This document shows, piece after piece, positions 62,713 to 64,000 of a stretch of 64,000 bases of DNA. Within the stretch, counting starts at the first letter, position 1, and each line of letters begins with the position of its first letter. Location of the stretch: the NCBI GenBank assembly GCA_964234715.1, contig OZ174283.1. One strand, 5' to 3'. This stretch comes from Podarcis melisellensis. Its lineage: Eukaryota. Made by a program: the position numbers and the translations under genes. Under the pieces are notes generated by a model. The model was not told the origin of the DNA. It did no database searches and worked only from the letters and a program-made list of their open reading frames with translations.

Positions 62713-64000
62713 GTTTGTAGTTTTATACTAATAAGTATTGTTTAGATGGTTTAGAAGATTGATAAAGATGTTAATCTCTTCTTGTCTGAGATTTCACATC
62801 ACAATGCAAATAAGATTGCAGAAAATATTGTTTATCTTACTCACTTGCCTTTGTGTGCCACAGATCTCTTCTGTTTCTCATTTGTACCTCTTGCTTCTCC
62901 ATGGCCTCCCCCACCTTGCACCATTCATAGACTCAATGTGGTAGGGACAGTTGTGCTAATAACAAGAAGATGCTTCCACAAGTCGAGTGCAATTACATCC
63001 TGGTCCCCCTTCTTATGAACTAGGAATTAGAATTTCCCATAAGGGGAAAAGGACAGTTGTGAAACATGTGACCTGGCACCTAGGTAGGTGATAGTTTTTG
63101 AAGGGCACTGATGTCTCCACCTGGGTTTCTCAATACCTATTACCTTAAGAATAAAAGGCTCTGAAAGAATGGAGAGAGCCAGGTGGGACCACTGCTGATG
63201 CTTAGAGACTAAATAGCTGCTTTTATGTCAGGCTTGGACATCCTTTCCTTTCCTGTCTGCTTTCTCCTGTCCTCCCACCCTGTCTTGTCAGAAGGGTTGA
63301 AAGACAACTTGCATGACAGGGACTTGCGATATTTGCTGTCTTCTGTGCGTATCTGCCTGAGAAACAGAGAGGTAACAGTCAGACACTTGAGTATCCTGCC
63401 ATGTTTCTAAACTTGCAAACACTGTAGGATATCCAGACAGCTTTCATGTTATCCTCTATTATTCTGCCAGCGGAGAGTCAGAAAAGAAGAAAGTATGTAG
63501 TCTTCTAGTCTTAAAGAACCAGTTGCTATGTTCTCCATTTGCATACCTGTTTCATCTCATGGTCTAAGCAGTTAATATTTGATGTGTAGAAATATCTGCT
63601 ACCTGTTTTCTCCTGACTGGAGGAGGCATTCTTTCTTTGGAACAAGAATTATAAAATGCATACGTATAATGTACCTGGCACAGAAATGAAGTAAAATAAT
63701 TATTTATGAAATGAAGTGAAAAATTTCAGATAATGACTAGCATTCCTACTAGCAGTGTGGTTGCACATTTTTAACTACAGGAAAGAACACACATAGCATC
63801 TCAAGCCTTCAGCAGTTAGATTAAATGTTCATTTACATCTTTTCAGTTAATGGTGCATGTGAGAACTCAGTAGATATTAGTGTTTTTAAAAAACAAACCT
63901 CTGAACTTTGCTCAGCTACTCTTCAACCTTGGAGGGTTAATTAAAGATAAAATTTGCATCTCTCCCTCCCCCCCAGTAGAAACATTGACAACATGTTAGC

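Overview
Squamate (lizard, probably lacertid) genomic DNA, judged from Sauria SINE, BovB, CR1/L2 and hAT/Tc1 MITE content. The + strand carries ten coding exons of GAB1: exon 2 to the stop codon, including the 90-nt cassette exon, all with GT-AG boundaries and consistent phases. Exon 1 lies upstream of the window. After the GAB1 3'UTR come the CpG-island promoter and first two coding exons of SMARCA5, the same neighbourhood as in mammals. The most unusual object is a very young Ty3/Gypsy LTR retrotransposon inserted antisense 57 bp after the GAB1 exon-10 donor. Its LTRs appear identical over 245 bp, yet its integrase lacks the second catalytic Asp and its U5 terminus reads TA instead of CA. 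It is flanked by a 30-bp duplication instead of a 4-6-bp TSD, and its U5 end is trimmed and joined through microhomology. This looks like a natural 'one-ended' aberrant integration. A related solo LTR with a normal 5-bp TSD 3.5 kb away serves as an internal control. All calls are by eye; no database searches were run.
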